64,000 nt of DNA from the human T2T-CHM13v2.0 reference genome, Homo sapiens. Under the pieces are notes generated by a model that was given only the letters and a program-made list of their open reading frames with translations, did no database searches and was not told the origin of the DNA. A program made the translations under genes and the position numbers. Where the stretch lies: assembly GCF_009914755.1 (NCBI RefSeq), contig NC_060935.1; one strand, given 5' to 3'. Of this stretch, positions 13,631-30,199 are shown one piece after another. The stretch's first letter is position 1. Every line of letters begins with the position of its first letter.

Positions 13631-14135
13631 TGCAGGGGCTAAAAGAGTCTGCCAGTGAGACATGTCTGATTCCTAACTCCCACCACCTGGGAAAAGAGTC
13701 CCCCAGAAAGACGTGTCCCTGTCCCAACTCCCCCCACCTGGGAATGTGACCCTCTTTGGAAAAAGGGTCTTTGCAAGATTTGATTAAGTTAAAGATTTGA
13801 GCCATGTTCATCCTGGATTTTCTAGATGGGCCCTAAACCCAGTGACGAGTGACCTTAGAAGAGAACGGATTGGGGGTTGAGACACAGAGAGAAGTGGAGG
13901 AGGCCCTGTGAAGGGGAGGCAGGGACTGGAGTGGAGTGGTCACGAGAGACGAGACCCCCGGCACCGGAAGCTGGAAGGGTCCTTCCCCAGAGCCTTCGGA
14001 GGGGGCACAGCCGGGCTGACGCCCTGATCTCAGACTTCAGGTCTGCAGAATTGTGAAAGAATAAATCCGTACTGTTTTAAGCCATCCTGATTGTGGTCAT
14101 TTGTTTCATTTGTTACAGCAGCCACCGACATAAAT
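13631..14135 (+). mobile_element. MLT1C-like LTR with a 51-bp internal tandem duplication (13641-13742)
   Basis: GAATGTGACCCTCTTTGGAAAAAGGGTCTTTGCA, GGGCCCTAAACCCAGTGAC, AGAATAAATCCGTACTGTTTTAAGCCA; AAAAGAGTC...CACCTGGG unit occurs twice. Confidence 0.85.
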
Positions 14136-14224
14136 ATGGCCCTCCAGGGAGGTTGGGGGAAAATGAAGGCTGGTTGGAGGCGACACAGCCAAGGTGGGGC
14201 TGCAGAACCACGTGGACCCGCTCT

Positions 14225-14481
14225 GCTCACGAGGGTGGGCCACAATCCCATCTGATTGGGGTGCCTATCAGAAGAGGGGGCGAGGACACAGGCACACACA
14301 GAGGGATGACCGCGTGAGGACTCAGGGGAAGGTGGCCAGGAAGAGAGGCCTCAGGAGGAGCCAGGCCTGCCACACCTTGATCTCGGCCTTCCAGCTGCCA
14401 GGACTCTGAGACAGTAAGTGTCTGTTGCTTAAACCACACATCTGTGGGGCTTTGTTAAGGCAGCCACAGCAAAGGAATACA
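14225..14481 (+). mobile_element. MLT1B-like LTR 3' part
   Basis: GGGTGGGCCACAATCCCATCTGATTGGGGTGCCTATCAGAAGAGG...GGCAGCCACAGCAAAGGAATACA. Confidence 0.8.
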
Positions 14482-16324
14482 GGTGGTATTGCACAAATTC
14501 CATTTCCCAGGGGCGGCGGAAGCCAGCCTGGGCCTGGATCCTATGGGACTAGGAAGAGTGCCCTGGGGTCAGGTGCCGTGGGAAGCAATGTTCAGTCTTT
14601 CAGGACTAGGCACATCCTCATCTGTCCCCAGAACAAGCCTGGTCCTGGTGACCTCTTCCTTCAGAGCCTTCACAGCCCCTGCGGGTGGCCACAGGTTTGC
14701 ACCAGGTCCAACTCGGTAGGAAGCGTCACTGCTGCTTCAGGGAAAAGCTTGGCAAATTGAGTTCACGTTGCTTGAAGGGCCAGGAAGGTGGTGTTTCCTT
14801 GCTGAGTGTGAGGATCTTCCAAGTTTCAGCACCATTCAATTACAAATCACCTACAGTTGGCCCGGCCCCAGGAGACCCTTCCAAGGTGTCAACAGCACAG
14901 CCCACTCCTGGATTTACTGCCACTCCAGAGGCCGGTTCTCCTTGGTCAACTCAGAGCCACGGAGGAGCCAGCCACCGCCAGATTCCATGCCTCTCAGCAT
15001 TTCCAACACCAACCCCACGGAGGAAGATCTGTCACTTACTGGTGATTTGCTTGTCTGGGGTATTAAATGCCATGGCTGTCCTCTTCCTGGGATGTCCAGC
15101 AGACAAGTGGCTGCACTTTCGCCCAGCCCTCCTCTGGCCAGTCGGTGGACTGTGGATATGTGGCATCCAAGAAGCAACCCCAGGGGAGGCTGGGAGGTGA
15201 ATCAGGCAGCCATCCTACTTGCAGCCCAGAGACTTCAATAATATCCTGAGGCTTGGAGAAACGTGGGCTGAAGGCATGATGCCCTCTTGGGGCCCATGCA
15301 ACTCCAGTGTTCATGGGGTCAATGCAGATGTGCACGTTTGGGCACATGGGCCGCACGACGCTGGCAGACTGCTTTCCTTACTCAACTACCGCACCTGGGG
15401 GAGGCATGGAGCCTGCCTCAAGGGCAGGGGCCAAGTGCAGATGGACACAGGGTCTCCTGTCATCCAAGCCTCTCATTTCTGCTGTGGTCTGTGTGATGCA
15501 GAGAAACACAGAACACATCTGAGGACCCATCTGCAAAATTGTCTGGGTCTGTTTTTCCAGCCTCTGGCTTTTAAACTTAGCACGTCCAGGTCCTGAGCCC
15601 CCTTGCCCTGGATGGTTCAGTCTCTCCTGTCTCCAGACAAGAGCAGTTGCAGGCAGGAAGCCGGCAGTGGCCTCTAAGGCCTCCTCCCTGTCCTTCTGGA
15701 GACCTGGCATGAACACTCCCTTCCACCTGGTGCAGGTGGCACCTCATAGCACTGTACCAATGTACCCCTGTCCCCACTCCCAGGCTGCACGTCTGCACCC
15801 CAGTGAACAGACAGGTTTGAATCCCTGTTCATGCCGAGCTGCCTGACTTCTGGTCCAGCCCCGGCTCCCAGCACCTTGCTCTGGGCCCAGCCCCTGTCAT
15901 TAGCCTGACTTTGCTTTTGAGTCTGCCTGGTGGACTTGGTCTCTGCACCAAGATCCTGGGGACCGCCTGGGACTTGGCTGTGCATCCTGACCACGGTGTA
16001 TGAGGAACTGCCCAGGACGCGGGCTCTGAACCCCATCTTGTGAGCAGGCGTCCTCTGCAGGCCCTGCTTGCCTGTACACCTGGCTGTGGGAGCTGGGCTG
16101 TGTTTCTGAGCGTTTGTTTCCTCAGCTGTAAGATGTTGGTAGCGATGGTCCCTGCTCACATGGTGGTTTCGAGGACCTGAGGAACCCATCCAAAGTGCTT
16201 TCATTAGGGTCACTCAGAGTGACCACTGCATTGCCCAAGCACGGTCAGTCCTCAGTCCCCATCGTGTTGGCCCCAGGAACGTGTGGGTAGTGCCCCCTCC
16301 TCCCTCTGTGGTGTTGGCTTCCAG

Positions 16325-16620
16325 GGCTCTGTCGCCCAGGCTAGGGTGCAGTGGCATGGTCACAGCAGCCTCAAACTCCTGGGCTCAAGCGATTCTTCCA
16401 TCTCAGCTTCCTGAGTAGCTGGAACCTTAGGTGTACACCACCATATCCAGCTAGTTTTTATTTTTTTGCGAACGATGGGGTCTTGCTTTGTTGCCCAGGT
16501 TGGAGTGCAGTGGTGCAATCATGGCTTACAGCAGCCTTGAATTCCTGGGTTCAACTGATCCTCCAAACTCAGCCTCCTAAGTAGCTGGAACCTCAGGTGT
16601 GTACCACAATGCCCAGCTCA
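16325..16620 (-). mobile_element. Two tandem Alu right-arm monomers (FRAM/AluJ-like)
   Basis: Two consecutive right monomers, both carrying the non-consensus GTAGCTGGAACCT(T/C)AGGTGT. Confidence 0.88.
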
Positions 16621-16956
16621 TTTTTTTTTAATTTTAAATTTTTATTTATTTATTTTCTTTGAGATGGAGTCTTGCTCTGTCGCCCAGGCTGGAGTGCACT
16701 GGTGCAATTTCGGCTTACTGCAACCTCCGCCTCCTGGGTTCAAGTGATTCTCCTGCCCTTGCCTGCTGAGTAGCTGGGACTACAGGCATGTGCCACTATC
16801 TCCGGCTATTATTATTTTGTGTGTGTGTGTGTATTTTTAGTAGAAATGAGGTTTCACCATGTTAGCCAGGATGGTCTCAATCTCCTGACCTCATGATCCA
16901 CCTGCCTCGGCCTCCCAAAGTGCTGGGATTACAGGCATGAGCCACTGCGCCTGGCT
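16621..16956 (-). mobile_element. Alu (AluS-like) with (TG)n in the linker
   Basis: Antisense full-length dimer. Confidence 0.97.
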
Positions 16957-17264
16957 CCTATCTTCCTCTTAAGGCTGGAACAGCCCAGCTGGACATGTTC
17001 TTTCTCTGCCTGCAGTCCCTTCCTTGCTGCTCTGCTCCAGGCGTGTCTCTCGTTCCACCCAGGTGCCCACACCCCCAGCCCAGACCTTCCTGCACTCCAG
17101 CTATATAGGCCTGAAAGCTCATGGCTGCATGTATGTCTGCCAGTATTTTCAGTCCAGCTCCTAACTGTTCCTGCCAAAGGTGCCACACTGGATCCTGCTA
17201 CATCTTGGGTGGTGGCACCTCCAACCTTTGGGTTCGTTGCTCAGTTTAAAACCAGCCTCCCTCA

Positions 17265-18720
<1,456 letters not shown>

Positions 18721-18993
18721 AGCACACGTGGGAGAGGTGACTTCCTGCGTGACCAGGCCTGTGCATTTCTGCCGGCCTCAGTACACACTGAAGAAACAGA
18801 ATTCTAAAATGACAGCCAGAGGTGGGCCAGCCACTCGATTCTGTGGTGTCACAGTGAGGTCCGGGGGCCTGTCCTCCTCCCCCCACCTCTTTCTTGAGCC
18901 CAGCCTGCTGCTGCCTTGGCTCAGCTCCCACTTGGTGCCCCTTCCCCACCTCCACGCTGAAGGTTGGAGAGGACAGAGCCAGGTGCCCACGCA

Positions 18994-19005
18994 CACGTGA
19001 CGTCA
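18994..19005. promoter_or_regulatory. Overlapping E-box (CACGTG) and full CRE (TGACGTCA)
   Basis: CACGTGACGTCA read directly; function untested. Confidence 0.4.
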
Positions 19006-22000
19006 GAGGCCTCCACAGGCAGCAGAGGGGCAAACGGCTGACAAGGACGTCTCATGACCATGGACATACCTCTAGGTTACTTGCATACTTTACTTCATCA
19101 TGAAGCATTTTTCAATCTGAGAAACACTCATGAGAAATCTAATTCTCAACACAGCCACCAATGGCCAAGGAAATAATGCATTGGTGAAAAAATGGAATCT
19201 CTGATTGTGAGGCAGAGCATCACAGCATTTAAAATAAGTGAGTAGGCAACGGTGGGCTTTCTTGTGTGTTTCTTGGGAAGTCTGATGATGTCCAGTTCCG
19301 GATATTTAAATTGTGCTGGGAGAGGTCCCACGAAGAGGCAAATTTTGCAGAGCAGCTCCCATCACCTTGGTCTAGCCACACAAGGCCCCTCAGATGGAGA
19401 GAATGGAGGGATTACCCCTCCCTGATCCCCAGAAGCACCTGTGGCGTCTCCCTGGGTAGGGACCTGAGGCAGGTGAGGTGGGTGGACCAGGTGCTCTGTT
19501 CTCTGAAGGCTTCTTTCTTCCCTGTGCAGCTCACTCCTGGATCCAGCCCCTCCTTCCCATGTGGGTCAGAGTCTCTGGGGAGTATGCACAGTGACCTGGA
19601 GGCTCTGATGGACCGGGCTGTGCCGGGGTTCTCACTGCTTGAACAAAGATTGATGGAGATGAATGACTGAGGAACCCATGACACTCCATCTAATTTTTCT
19701 ATGAATGCACATGTGCATTTTCCTGGGAGGAAGGTCAGTTCCTCTCATCAGATTCTTAACATTTTCATAACCCCTGAAATGTTCACACCACTGATCTAAC
19801 TGGAGAGAAAAGCTGCTCCCACCATTTATTTCATGAACACCAGCTATGTGCTGGGCAGGAGCTATGACATTTCTCTAATATCATCTCTTGGATATGGGGA
19901 TGATTCTCTCAGCATTAAAGGGGAAAACACTGAGGCCTGGAGGTGCCTACAGACTCACCTGAGGCCGGCAGACACTGGGAAAACAAAAAAGCCTCCTGGA
20001 TCCGAGGCTAAGGCAGGTCCCTGAGGACCAAGGGGCATTCCTGCTGGTGTTCCCTGGATAGGGGCATTCAGGAAAGAGCTGGGATTTGGCCAGAATGGGA
20101 AGGGCAAACAGCAAGGGTGCCAGGACCAGCCACCCAGTACTGCACAGAAGGTTGGCCACCAATGCCTGGGGCACCTGAGGTGGGGGCAGGGCAGAGAACT
20201 CAAATATCTGTGAAGAAACAGGCAGGGTGGCAGCAGCAATGGAGCATGAGTTCAGAGTCAGGGGCCAGCTTCTAGGGTGACCCTGCATGCCTCGGCCGCT
20301 GCCCCTCCCTGACGGGGTTCCCCTCCTGTAGAAGGAGAATGGGGGCTTACTCACCCAAAGGCTCCTCCTACTTCCTATGCTAAGCCTTGCTGGGAGCCCT
20401 TTCATGACAAGGGGCTACAGATGAGTCTCCAGGGCTGCACTCATAGACTTGGGGGTATGAGGCTGGGGCTGTGCCATCAGCAGATGGCCAGTCCAGCTTT
20501 CCTCCTGCTTCTGAGTTTTGGCTCAGCCTGGGGACACCAGAGCAGAGAAAACTGCCTCTTCCCAGCCCACATCCTGGGAGGACCAGGCAGACGCTTGATT
20601 CAGTGCAAATCCTGGGGCCGCCTCCAACCTCATGCTAAGTGTCTCCACCCTACTCCTCTTCCCACATATTGCAAACCTGCCCAAGCCACAGGACAAAAGG
20701 GCTCCCATCTTTTCAGGGCTCATTGCCTTGAGGGTGCTTGGGCAGGAATCAGGCCTGATGGGCACCCTGGGCACTGGCCATAGAGGCCACAGCTGTAGCC
20801 CCAGCCACAGCGGCAGGTGGGACCATCCAGCACTTCCCCAGATGCTTGGCCTGCATGAGGGACATTAAAAGCATTGCAGCTTGATCCTGAAGATAGATCC
20901 ATAAAACTGTAGCTGAAATGAGATAGCAAGTGATGGGCCCGCCTCTCCCTTTTCGCTAATCTCTTTATTCAAGCTCAATTTGGTGTTGAAACGCACCCCG
21001 ATGCAAACCCTGCCTTTGCCAAAGAGATTTAGAAGGGCAAGGTAGAAGATTATGCAGTTTCACATTCCAAAGTGTGTGCATAAATCTGCATATCACATGC
21101 ATATATTACAATGGATCATAAGTGCATAATCAACTCAAAATAATAGGTTTTTGTTTCTTGCATTTTTAAATTTGTTTTGTACAAATGACATGGATCCTAT
21201 TACTCGTAGCTCTACAATGGAATTGTGCTGATGACTGGATGAAGAGTTGACGCCAAAGCTCCTTTGGGAGGGAAATACTTTGGGATTCGAGGTGGGCAAG
21301 GATCCAAAGACTAGCACAGTAGGTTTCACTGTGTCTGCACCCCATCCCTTTCTTGCCCAGAGCTGAGTCCAGGGACTAGTCTTAGCACCAGGAACAACTC
21401 TGGCAAGACTCTGGGTTGATTATCCCTTCTGTGCCTCAGCACCCTAATCTGTGAAATAGGCACAATTTTTAAACATTTTTTTCCCTCTTCCTTTAATGAA
21501 AATCACCAGAGTCATCAGTCAAGCTTCAGCTGCAGGAAACAAACACAATCTAGATTCAGAGTTTAAGACAAGAAGAGTGGACTGGCCAGAGTGGCCAGTC
21601 CTTGGCTGGATATCCAGGAAAGTCTTAGGCAAGAAAATGGGGAGAAGAAGGCTGCCCTTGGAAATACTGACTTCCAGAATGTTCCATGGGGCTGTGATGC
21701 AGGGGTCAGCTGCTGCCACCTGCACGGCTGCCTCTTGTCACCAATAAAGCAAGTGGCCATAGGCTAAAAGCTCAACATCCCTGTGGTGGTGCCCATCACA
21801 GAAGCTGAGAGCAGCTGTGGCTCACACAAGTGTATAATTGGAGGAAACTCATTTTCATACAATGCCTAATTTGCATACAGGGCCCACACTGCAAGGGCAC
21901 CTGGGAAATGTAGTTTTTAGATTTCTGGCATCTGCAATACAAGAAGCCCCCCCAGAAGGGGTTGGATGGCCGAGGGCCCTTTCACCAGGCCAATTACACC

Positions 22001-22099
22001 TGGCCAGCTGGGCACTGCTGGCCCACCAAGAGGCTGACTCAGTTCCTATCCCTAGCTCATTACACTTCAGTGACTGGTGTTTCCTTGCGCAGTGATTGC

Positions 22100-22370
22100 T
22101 CTCAGATACGGGAGCAACCCAGTTCAGAGTGATGGAGAGCTGGGTTCTGCACTCAGACTTGGGCTCTCACCTGGACTCCACCCCTTCCTAGCTCTGCTGT
22201 CTGGGGCACGTTACAGAATTTCCCCAAACTTTAGTTCCGTCCGCTATGATGGGGATGGGATTAAGACAGAGGACTATTGGGAAATACAGAGGGCTATTGG
22301 GAAAACCCAAAAATATGATGTGTATAGCATCTCACTCAGTTCCTAGCAGGCAGTAAGTGCTCAGTAGACA
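22100..22370 (+). mobile_element. MIR
   Basis: MIR-like layout ending ...GTTCCTAGCAGGCAGTAAGTGCTCAGTA. Confidence 0.65.
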
Positions 22371-23459
22371 CAGGCCATGGTGGTTATGGAGGAAAACAAG
22401 GATGGGGGGTTGGGGAGTGGTCACTGTGGTACTGGACAGACTGGTCCTAGAATCACACACAGGGGTTGGGCCTTTCAGAGTCACCAGGCAGTGTTATGTC
22501 TTGAGAAAGCATCTTCCTTGTGGTCTCCTCATTTGTGAAGCAGTACTTGGACCCTGAGCACTAAAAGCCCTCCCAGCAGGGCAGATGTGCACCAGGGGAG
22601 GGGCAGAGCTCAGGCTAGGCCCAGGAGAAGGAGGGAGGAGGACTGGCTCCTGCATTTCCCCAGCACCCCACAGGTCCCTGCCCAGCTGGGCTGAGTTGGG
22701 AGGACAGCTATTTCCAGGCCCCCGCTGGGCTGTGCACATGGAGAGCCCATTGCCTGGCTCCTTCCCACTGGCCCCCATCTCTGCACCTGCTGTGCCCATT
22801 AGCCAGCCCTCCCCAGCTGCAGCCCCCCAGCCTCCCCAGGCTTTGCTGGTCAGAGGAAAACTGAAGACAGGTCTAAGAGGGTCATGCTGCTGTGGCCCCC
22901 CTGTCCTTGGCTGGGGGATGGGAGCTGGTTGCAGTTCTCCAGAAGCTTCTCAGAGGGTTTCCACATGGAAGTGGCTCTGAGAAGCTGCCTGCACCAAAGC
23001 CCTGCAGGGGGCATGAATCCACATCCCCAGTCCCTGCCATCTGTGTCTGTGGGAATGATCCTCATCCAGGGACTCACTACTTCCTAAGACCCTTACTCTG
23101 TGGCCGACCTAGAAGCTTCAGGAAGCAGGGACAGGGTCAGTCACCTCCTCTGTCACCCCAGGGACCATAACAGTGTGGATACATGACTGTACTAGAAGGT
23201 TCTGTATGTGGAGAAGCATTTGTGGTTCAGAGCACAGAGGAGGCCTGAGCCCAATAGGACTTCAGGCTCTGGCTGTATGATGTGCACAAGTTACAGAAGC
23301 TCCCTGAGTTTCTGGGGTTGGTGGGAGCATTGCAGGACTGCCAGTGCAGGGAGGTCTCCAGCCTTCAAAAGAGAGTGTGTGCACAACGTCCTCTCAGAGC
23401 CAGGCACAGGGTAAGTGCTCAGGACATGGGAGTTGTTGTCATGCTGAACTGACCTCCAA

Positions 23460-23800
23460 CCTATAGCTCAGCCTTTTGGGGTGTGCAGGCCAGGTCTCCA
23501 CTCTTCATGGGGGATGATTTCCACAGGAGAAAGCAGCTTGCTCTCTCCTGGGCATTGACTCTTCTCCAGGCTGCAGGGCTCCTGCCTTTGGTTGCTCCTG
23601 GGACTATTTCTTCTGGATCCATTCTGAAGGGGATCCATCCCCTTCCAGAGTCTACTGCTAGGAAGCAAATTCTGTACTTCACAGTGTTTGGGGTTGGGAT
23701 CCCAGAGCCTAGCTGGGTTCTCGCCTCCCTTTTCCTGGACATAATACTCCTGTTAATGCAGCCCAGTTCTGGGGCAGCCTGGTGTGGTGATGAATGGCCC
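23460..23800 (-). mobile_element. L3/CR1 LINE fragment
   Basis: ORF 23461..23841(-) contains LGCINRSIMSRKREA...VKYRICF, resembling the CR1 ORF2 C-terminal motif LGCINRSI.SR.REVI.PLY..LVRPHLEYCVQFW. Confidence 0.75.
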
Positions 23801-25099
23801 AGAGTTTGCAGTCCACCAGGCTTGCACAGGGAGGTGGACAACTCACCCTCTACAGAGGTGTGGATCTAGGGTGACTGCTGGGCACTGGCTTCTGCCAGCT
23901 GGCCTCTGGGCTGTGTGGCTACTTTTCCCACCCTTTGGTCCTTCTGAACCCAGGGCCTTTGCTTGGCCCAAGACCTCCACCCTGGTCAGCTGACTCTCCT
24001 GCTTGGTTTGGGCAGAGCTTAGTCTGAGCAGGGACTCCTGGCCTGGGTAGGAGAGGACAGGGGACAGATGAGGCCAGGGAGATGCATTTGGCATTGTGGC
24101 TGTCCTGGGACTGGGCACAGTGAGCAGAGTGGCTGTTCATCAGCGAAGCTGCAAGCCCAAGGCTCTGGGAGGTAGGGCTGATGTTAACAGAATAGACACT
24201 GCAAAGACTCAATGTTGCAGACCTGAGACAGAACCCAGAAGTTGGAAGACAGCCCTGGAAACTTCTGGGCTCTGGAGGTGGCTCTGTGCTCACCTGCAGG
24301 AAAACTTCCTCATTAGCCATTAGAATGATGGAGCTGCCTCCTGTGCTTTGGCCAAGGGCAGTTGACTGGAAGGTGTTGCTCTGTGCGGAGCCCTGAAGAG
24401 AAATCACCCTGACTTTGCTGTGTTCCAAGAGTGCAGCTGAGAAGATGTGATCTTGGGAGCCAGAGGCCACAATGTCTTTTTTATTCATCTCAATTTATGT
24501 TCCTGGCAAGAATAACAAAGGAAATGCTAGAGGTACAAATGAGCAGAAAAAATTATGAGGAAGACCACATCCAGGTGCACGGTGGTGAAATTGCACCAGG
24601 ACATGCCAAGCCCATCTTTAGTTCAGAATTCCTCCTCATCTGTAGGGGACCATCCATCATCCACATTGCACAGTTCTGAGAATGAGCACCAGTGCCATCA
24701 ATAATTCCACCAGGGCAACAGGTGTAAAACAGGGATTGTCCTAGCAAGCCGGACCATATGGCTGCCGCCCTTATCTGTGCAATCGGCTGATTTGCAGGGA
24801 TAATGAGATATTCGATGAGAAAGGTTTTGTGACTTAGAGCAGCACCAGAATCAGTGCCAAGCCATTTTTGTAGCTCACTTATTTGTCCCACAGGCAGTGT
24901 CCTCTGGCGATGTGCTTTGCTGTTTGAGCTCTGAAAGGTGGTGCTGGAGAGGCTTATAGAGAGGGGTACCCCATGGCTTGTGAGCCCACCCAGGGCCCAG
25001 GCTTGCCCAGAGGCAGCACGGAAAATGGAAAGAACAGGGGCTTTGGGGCTGGACCCGTCCAGGTTCCCTTTAGTTTCCCACCCCACGGCTTCATAGCTG

Positions 25100-25655
25100 A
25101 GCACAGATATTGGTTGTTGGTGCTGTGTTTCTCCAGGACCTGCCTCCTTAGGTCTTGGTAAGGATAATCTGCCCTTCTAAGACACACTCTAAAAGCACTG
25201 GTCCCTTCTGCTTTCCAGCCTCCCTGGAAGCTGGGCATGGGAATGTGGATTGACTCAGCCAATCAGATGAGCCTGCCCTGAGTCATTTGTCCAATCAGGT
25301 GTCCTTTCCCTGAAAGTCTTGCCCAATCAGATGCACCTGTCCTAAACAGGGACAGTCAGATGCAGCCACTGTAAATTGTGTCCAATCAGATGTCTGCCCT
25401 GAACTGTGGATCGGAACCATGGGAAAAGGAGGCTGAGACTGGGAGAGGCCAGTGTGACCTGGTGGCCTGTGTCTGGGGCCGGCAGGGCATATGTCCACGC
25501 ACACCTCCTGTCACCAGTTCCGCAGCGTTTTCCCTTCCTTCTGGCCATGTTTGTGCTGCCCTTTATTTTTCTAATACATTTCTGTTCTGCTTATGCAAGA
25601 CAGAACCTGTTTTTCTCTTGCTTACAACTAAAGAACCCTGGCTAATGTGCTGCAT
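25100..25655 (+). mobile_element. Old ERVL-class LTR (LTR16/LTR33-like)
   Basis: CCAATCAGATG motifs and 3' end TTCTAATACATTTCTGTTCTGCTTA...CTTGCTTACAACTAAAGAACCCTGGCTAAT. Confidence 0.6.
25251..25392 (+). promoter_or_regulatory. Array of CCAAT+E-box units with two AP-1 sites
   Basis: CCAATCAG(A/G)TG at 25259, 25291, 25323 and 25382, degenerate copy at 25352; TGACTCA at 25251; TGAGTCA at 25279. Confidence 0.55.
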
Positions 25656-25978
25656 GAGCTAGAGCAGTTCTTGCCATTCTCTGAGCCTTACACAGTTATC
25701 TTCACAATGGAACAAGGATCCCTACCCTGCAGGGTTTTTTAAAGATGAAGGAGCATGCTTTCTGCATAGCACTGCATCCAGCCACGTAGCCCTGGAGCAG
25801 CTGTGGGTGCAGCCTGCACAGAGGGGAAAAGGAGCTGTCGTGGTTTTGATGTTTGTCTCCTCCAAAGCTCATGTTGAACTGCAATCTCCAGTGTTGGAGG
25901 TGTGGGCCTGGTGGGAGGTGATTGGATCATGGGGGTGGCTCGTTCGTGAGTGGCTTAGCACTGTCCCCTTGGTGATGA

Positions 25979-26885
<907 letters not shown>

Positions 26886-27330
26886 ATGAGTGAGTTCTTG
26901 CTCGGGAAGTTTATGCAAGATCTAATTGTTTAAATGTGTGTGGCCCCTTCCCCCGTCGCTCTCTTGCTCCATCTCTCACGCTGCGACACGCTGGCTCCCT
27001 GCCACCTTTCACCATGATCGGAAGCTTCCTGAGGCTTCACCAGAAGCAGATGCTGGCACCATGCTTCCTGTTCGTGAGACACAATGACACCTCTTTTCTG
27101 TATAAATTACCCAGCCTCAGGTATTTCTTTATAGCAATGCAAGAACGGCCTGACAGAGGAGACTACCATAGCAAATAGCAGCGTGTGAACTACCCATTAA
27201 AGTACTTGCTAAGCTAATCTCCTCCTTTCTGCCAAGGGGTTAAAATGTTCAGAAACAACAATTCAACCTTCAGAAATGATGGCAAGCCAAACTCATTTAA
27301 TGTGCGGCAGGCAGAGCTTCGCTCCCCGTA

Positions 27331-27502
27331 CAGGGCTGCCAGATAACATGTGGGATAAACAGTGGGTTATTATTTATTTTAGTGTAAGTATGCCTCATGC
27401 ACTATTTGGACATACTTATATGTAAAAAAAAAATACTGTGTGTCTGGGATTCCAATATAACTATGCACCCTGTTACTTTTATTTGCTAAGTCTTGGCCCC
27501 CT
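27331..27502. mobile_element. MER53 palindromic hAT MITE
   Basis: AGGGCTGCCAGATAA...TAGTGTAAGTATGCCTCATGCACTATTTGGACATACTTATA...TTTTATTTGCTAAGTCTTGGC matches the MER53 layout. Confidence 0.8.
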
Positions 27503-28934
27503 CACACCCTGGTTGCCTCCTCCAGGATTTTTTCTCTTGACTCTCATGTCCTACGTTTGCTTTGCTTTGGGGGAGCTCTGCAGACAGCCAAATGCTGTTT
27601 TTGCAGCGTGACTCTGAAAGCCTGCATTTGCTCCAGAGCTTATTAAGACAAGCCATTTCCACCACGATGAAGAGCACGCACGCACAGCCGTATCCCAGAA
27701 TCAACGGTGTCTCAACGACAAAATTGAAAGCATTCTCACGTATTCCACCACTGGGAGTCCAATATGAAGCAGCAACACCCTTCTGGGTCATTATGGCTCA
27801 TTTTCACTTTCAAAAGCACATGCTTCTGGGTGGTCTGGCCCCCGCGCCTGCCTCCGGCCCTCCTGTTCCTCACACCCACGCATAGTTAAGGTCCATTATG
27901 CACCCGACTCTGTCCAGGCAGGGAGCTGCCAGGGACAGTCATTTTCCAAAGAGGAAACACATTTGCTTAGCAAGTCTAGGCCTGCTGGTCTCCCCATCCA
28001 GACAGACAGGGAAGCTTCTCGTTACTTCTAATGCATCGCCCTGGGAGGCCGAAGGAGACCATTTCGGGAACTGTGCTTCCCAGCACAGGCTCTACCTCCA
28101 AAACACAGCAGGCAGGGGACAGAGCCTGGTGGCTGCCGCATGGTTACCTGTAACCAAGAGGTCACCCAGGGCTGAGGTGTAGGTGAGTCAGCGGCTACCC
28201 GTGTGTGGTCTCTCTGGAGCCCGCAGAGCTGGCAACTCAACTAGGAGTTCAAAGCTGTGATTTTACACGTCCGTGGAGCAGATATCAGGAGCTTAAAGAA
28301 ATCATCTTCATCCCTTACAGTCCCTGGGGATGCATCTCCTGTGCTTCTCTGGTCTTTAAAGAGAAGGGCGATTTGGGTTAATTACCATAGTTACTGTCAT
28401 TGCCTATTGGGCTCTGTGATGCTGGTTTCTCAGGATTAGTCATAAAATACGTGGATGGCCATTCCAAAGATGAGTTCTTACTGTAGTTGATTTTAAAGGC
28501 ACTTCAGGGGAAGCCAAGGAACCAAGCTGCCAAAGGGCTACTGATGTTCTTTTTGGACCGAGCGCAACGGTCCTTTCATGTCTGCGTTCCTCCATCCGTC
28601 ACTGATTCGCTCCAACGACACTGGCGGCACATTCACTGTGCGCTGAGGCTTCTGGGTGGGGTGTGGGGCCTCTGTGGTGAAGGAGGATGAGATAGGGAGG
28701 CCCATGTCCTGCAGGTCACAGTCCAGTGAGGAGTGCTCCTGAGACAGAGTTCAGCCTACATGCCGTGGAAATGGGCAGCTCCACGGTGAGCAAGCCTCAG
28801 GGGGCTGCACAGCAGGCAGTGGGTGTCAGGGGTGCAGTGGGGGCAGCTCCAACTCCACCTGGCCACAGACTCATACTCCGTCTTTCTCAGCTTCTGCCCT
28901 AATCCTGGTCCTCCTCCCTGTGCCCCCCACCCCT

Positions 28935-29083
28935 GCATGATGACACCTAGCATTGGTGCAGGCTGGGAATGTAGCTCTTTAGCTGAGCTGAATGCCTGCC
29001 TCAGCCTCACCGGGCCACTGTCATAGGGAGAAGGAAAGGGTGGTATCGGAAAGGCCACCATCACGGTCTGATGTGCCCTGGGG
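28935..29083. repeat. Copy 1 of a ~150 bp dispersed direct duplication (MLT1-derived)
   Basis: Ungapped match to 34073-34221 with about 17 mismatches. Confidence 0.93.
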
Positions 29084-29179
29084 TTTACACTCTCAGGGGA
29101 TGGTCTGTCTATGCTTAGGTCAAAATTCCAGCATCTGCCTTGCTTCCTCTTCTCTTGCAACCTTTATTGACCCTAAGCA

Positions 29180-30130
<951 letters not shown>

Positions 30131-30199
30131 TGTGCTCGGGTGAGCTGAGGTGGGAGCACAGACATGCAGGGATGGGGTGGCTCCTAGGTGGACCCCCAT

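Noticed and set aside
22267-22305. Short 18-20 bp tandem duplications (also ~48518-48553)
   Set aside because: Ordinary slippage duplications
23461-23841. ORF with a reverse-transcriptase-associated motif
   Set aside because: Decayed L3/CR1 fragment
25251-25392. Repeat-spacer pattern superficially like a CRISPR array
   Set aside because: Repeats are only ~11 bp transcription-factor motifs in a primate LTR, and there are no cas genes
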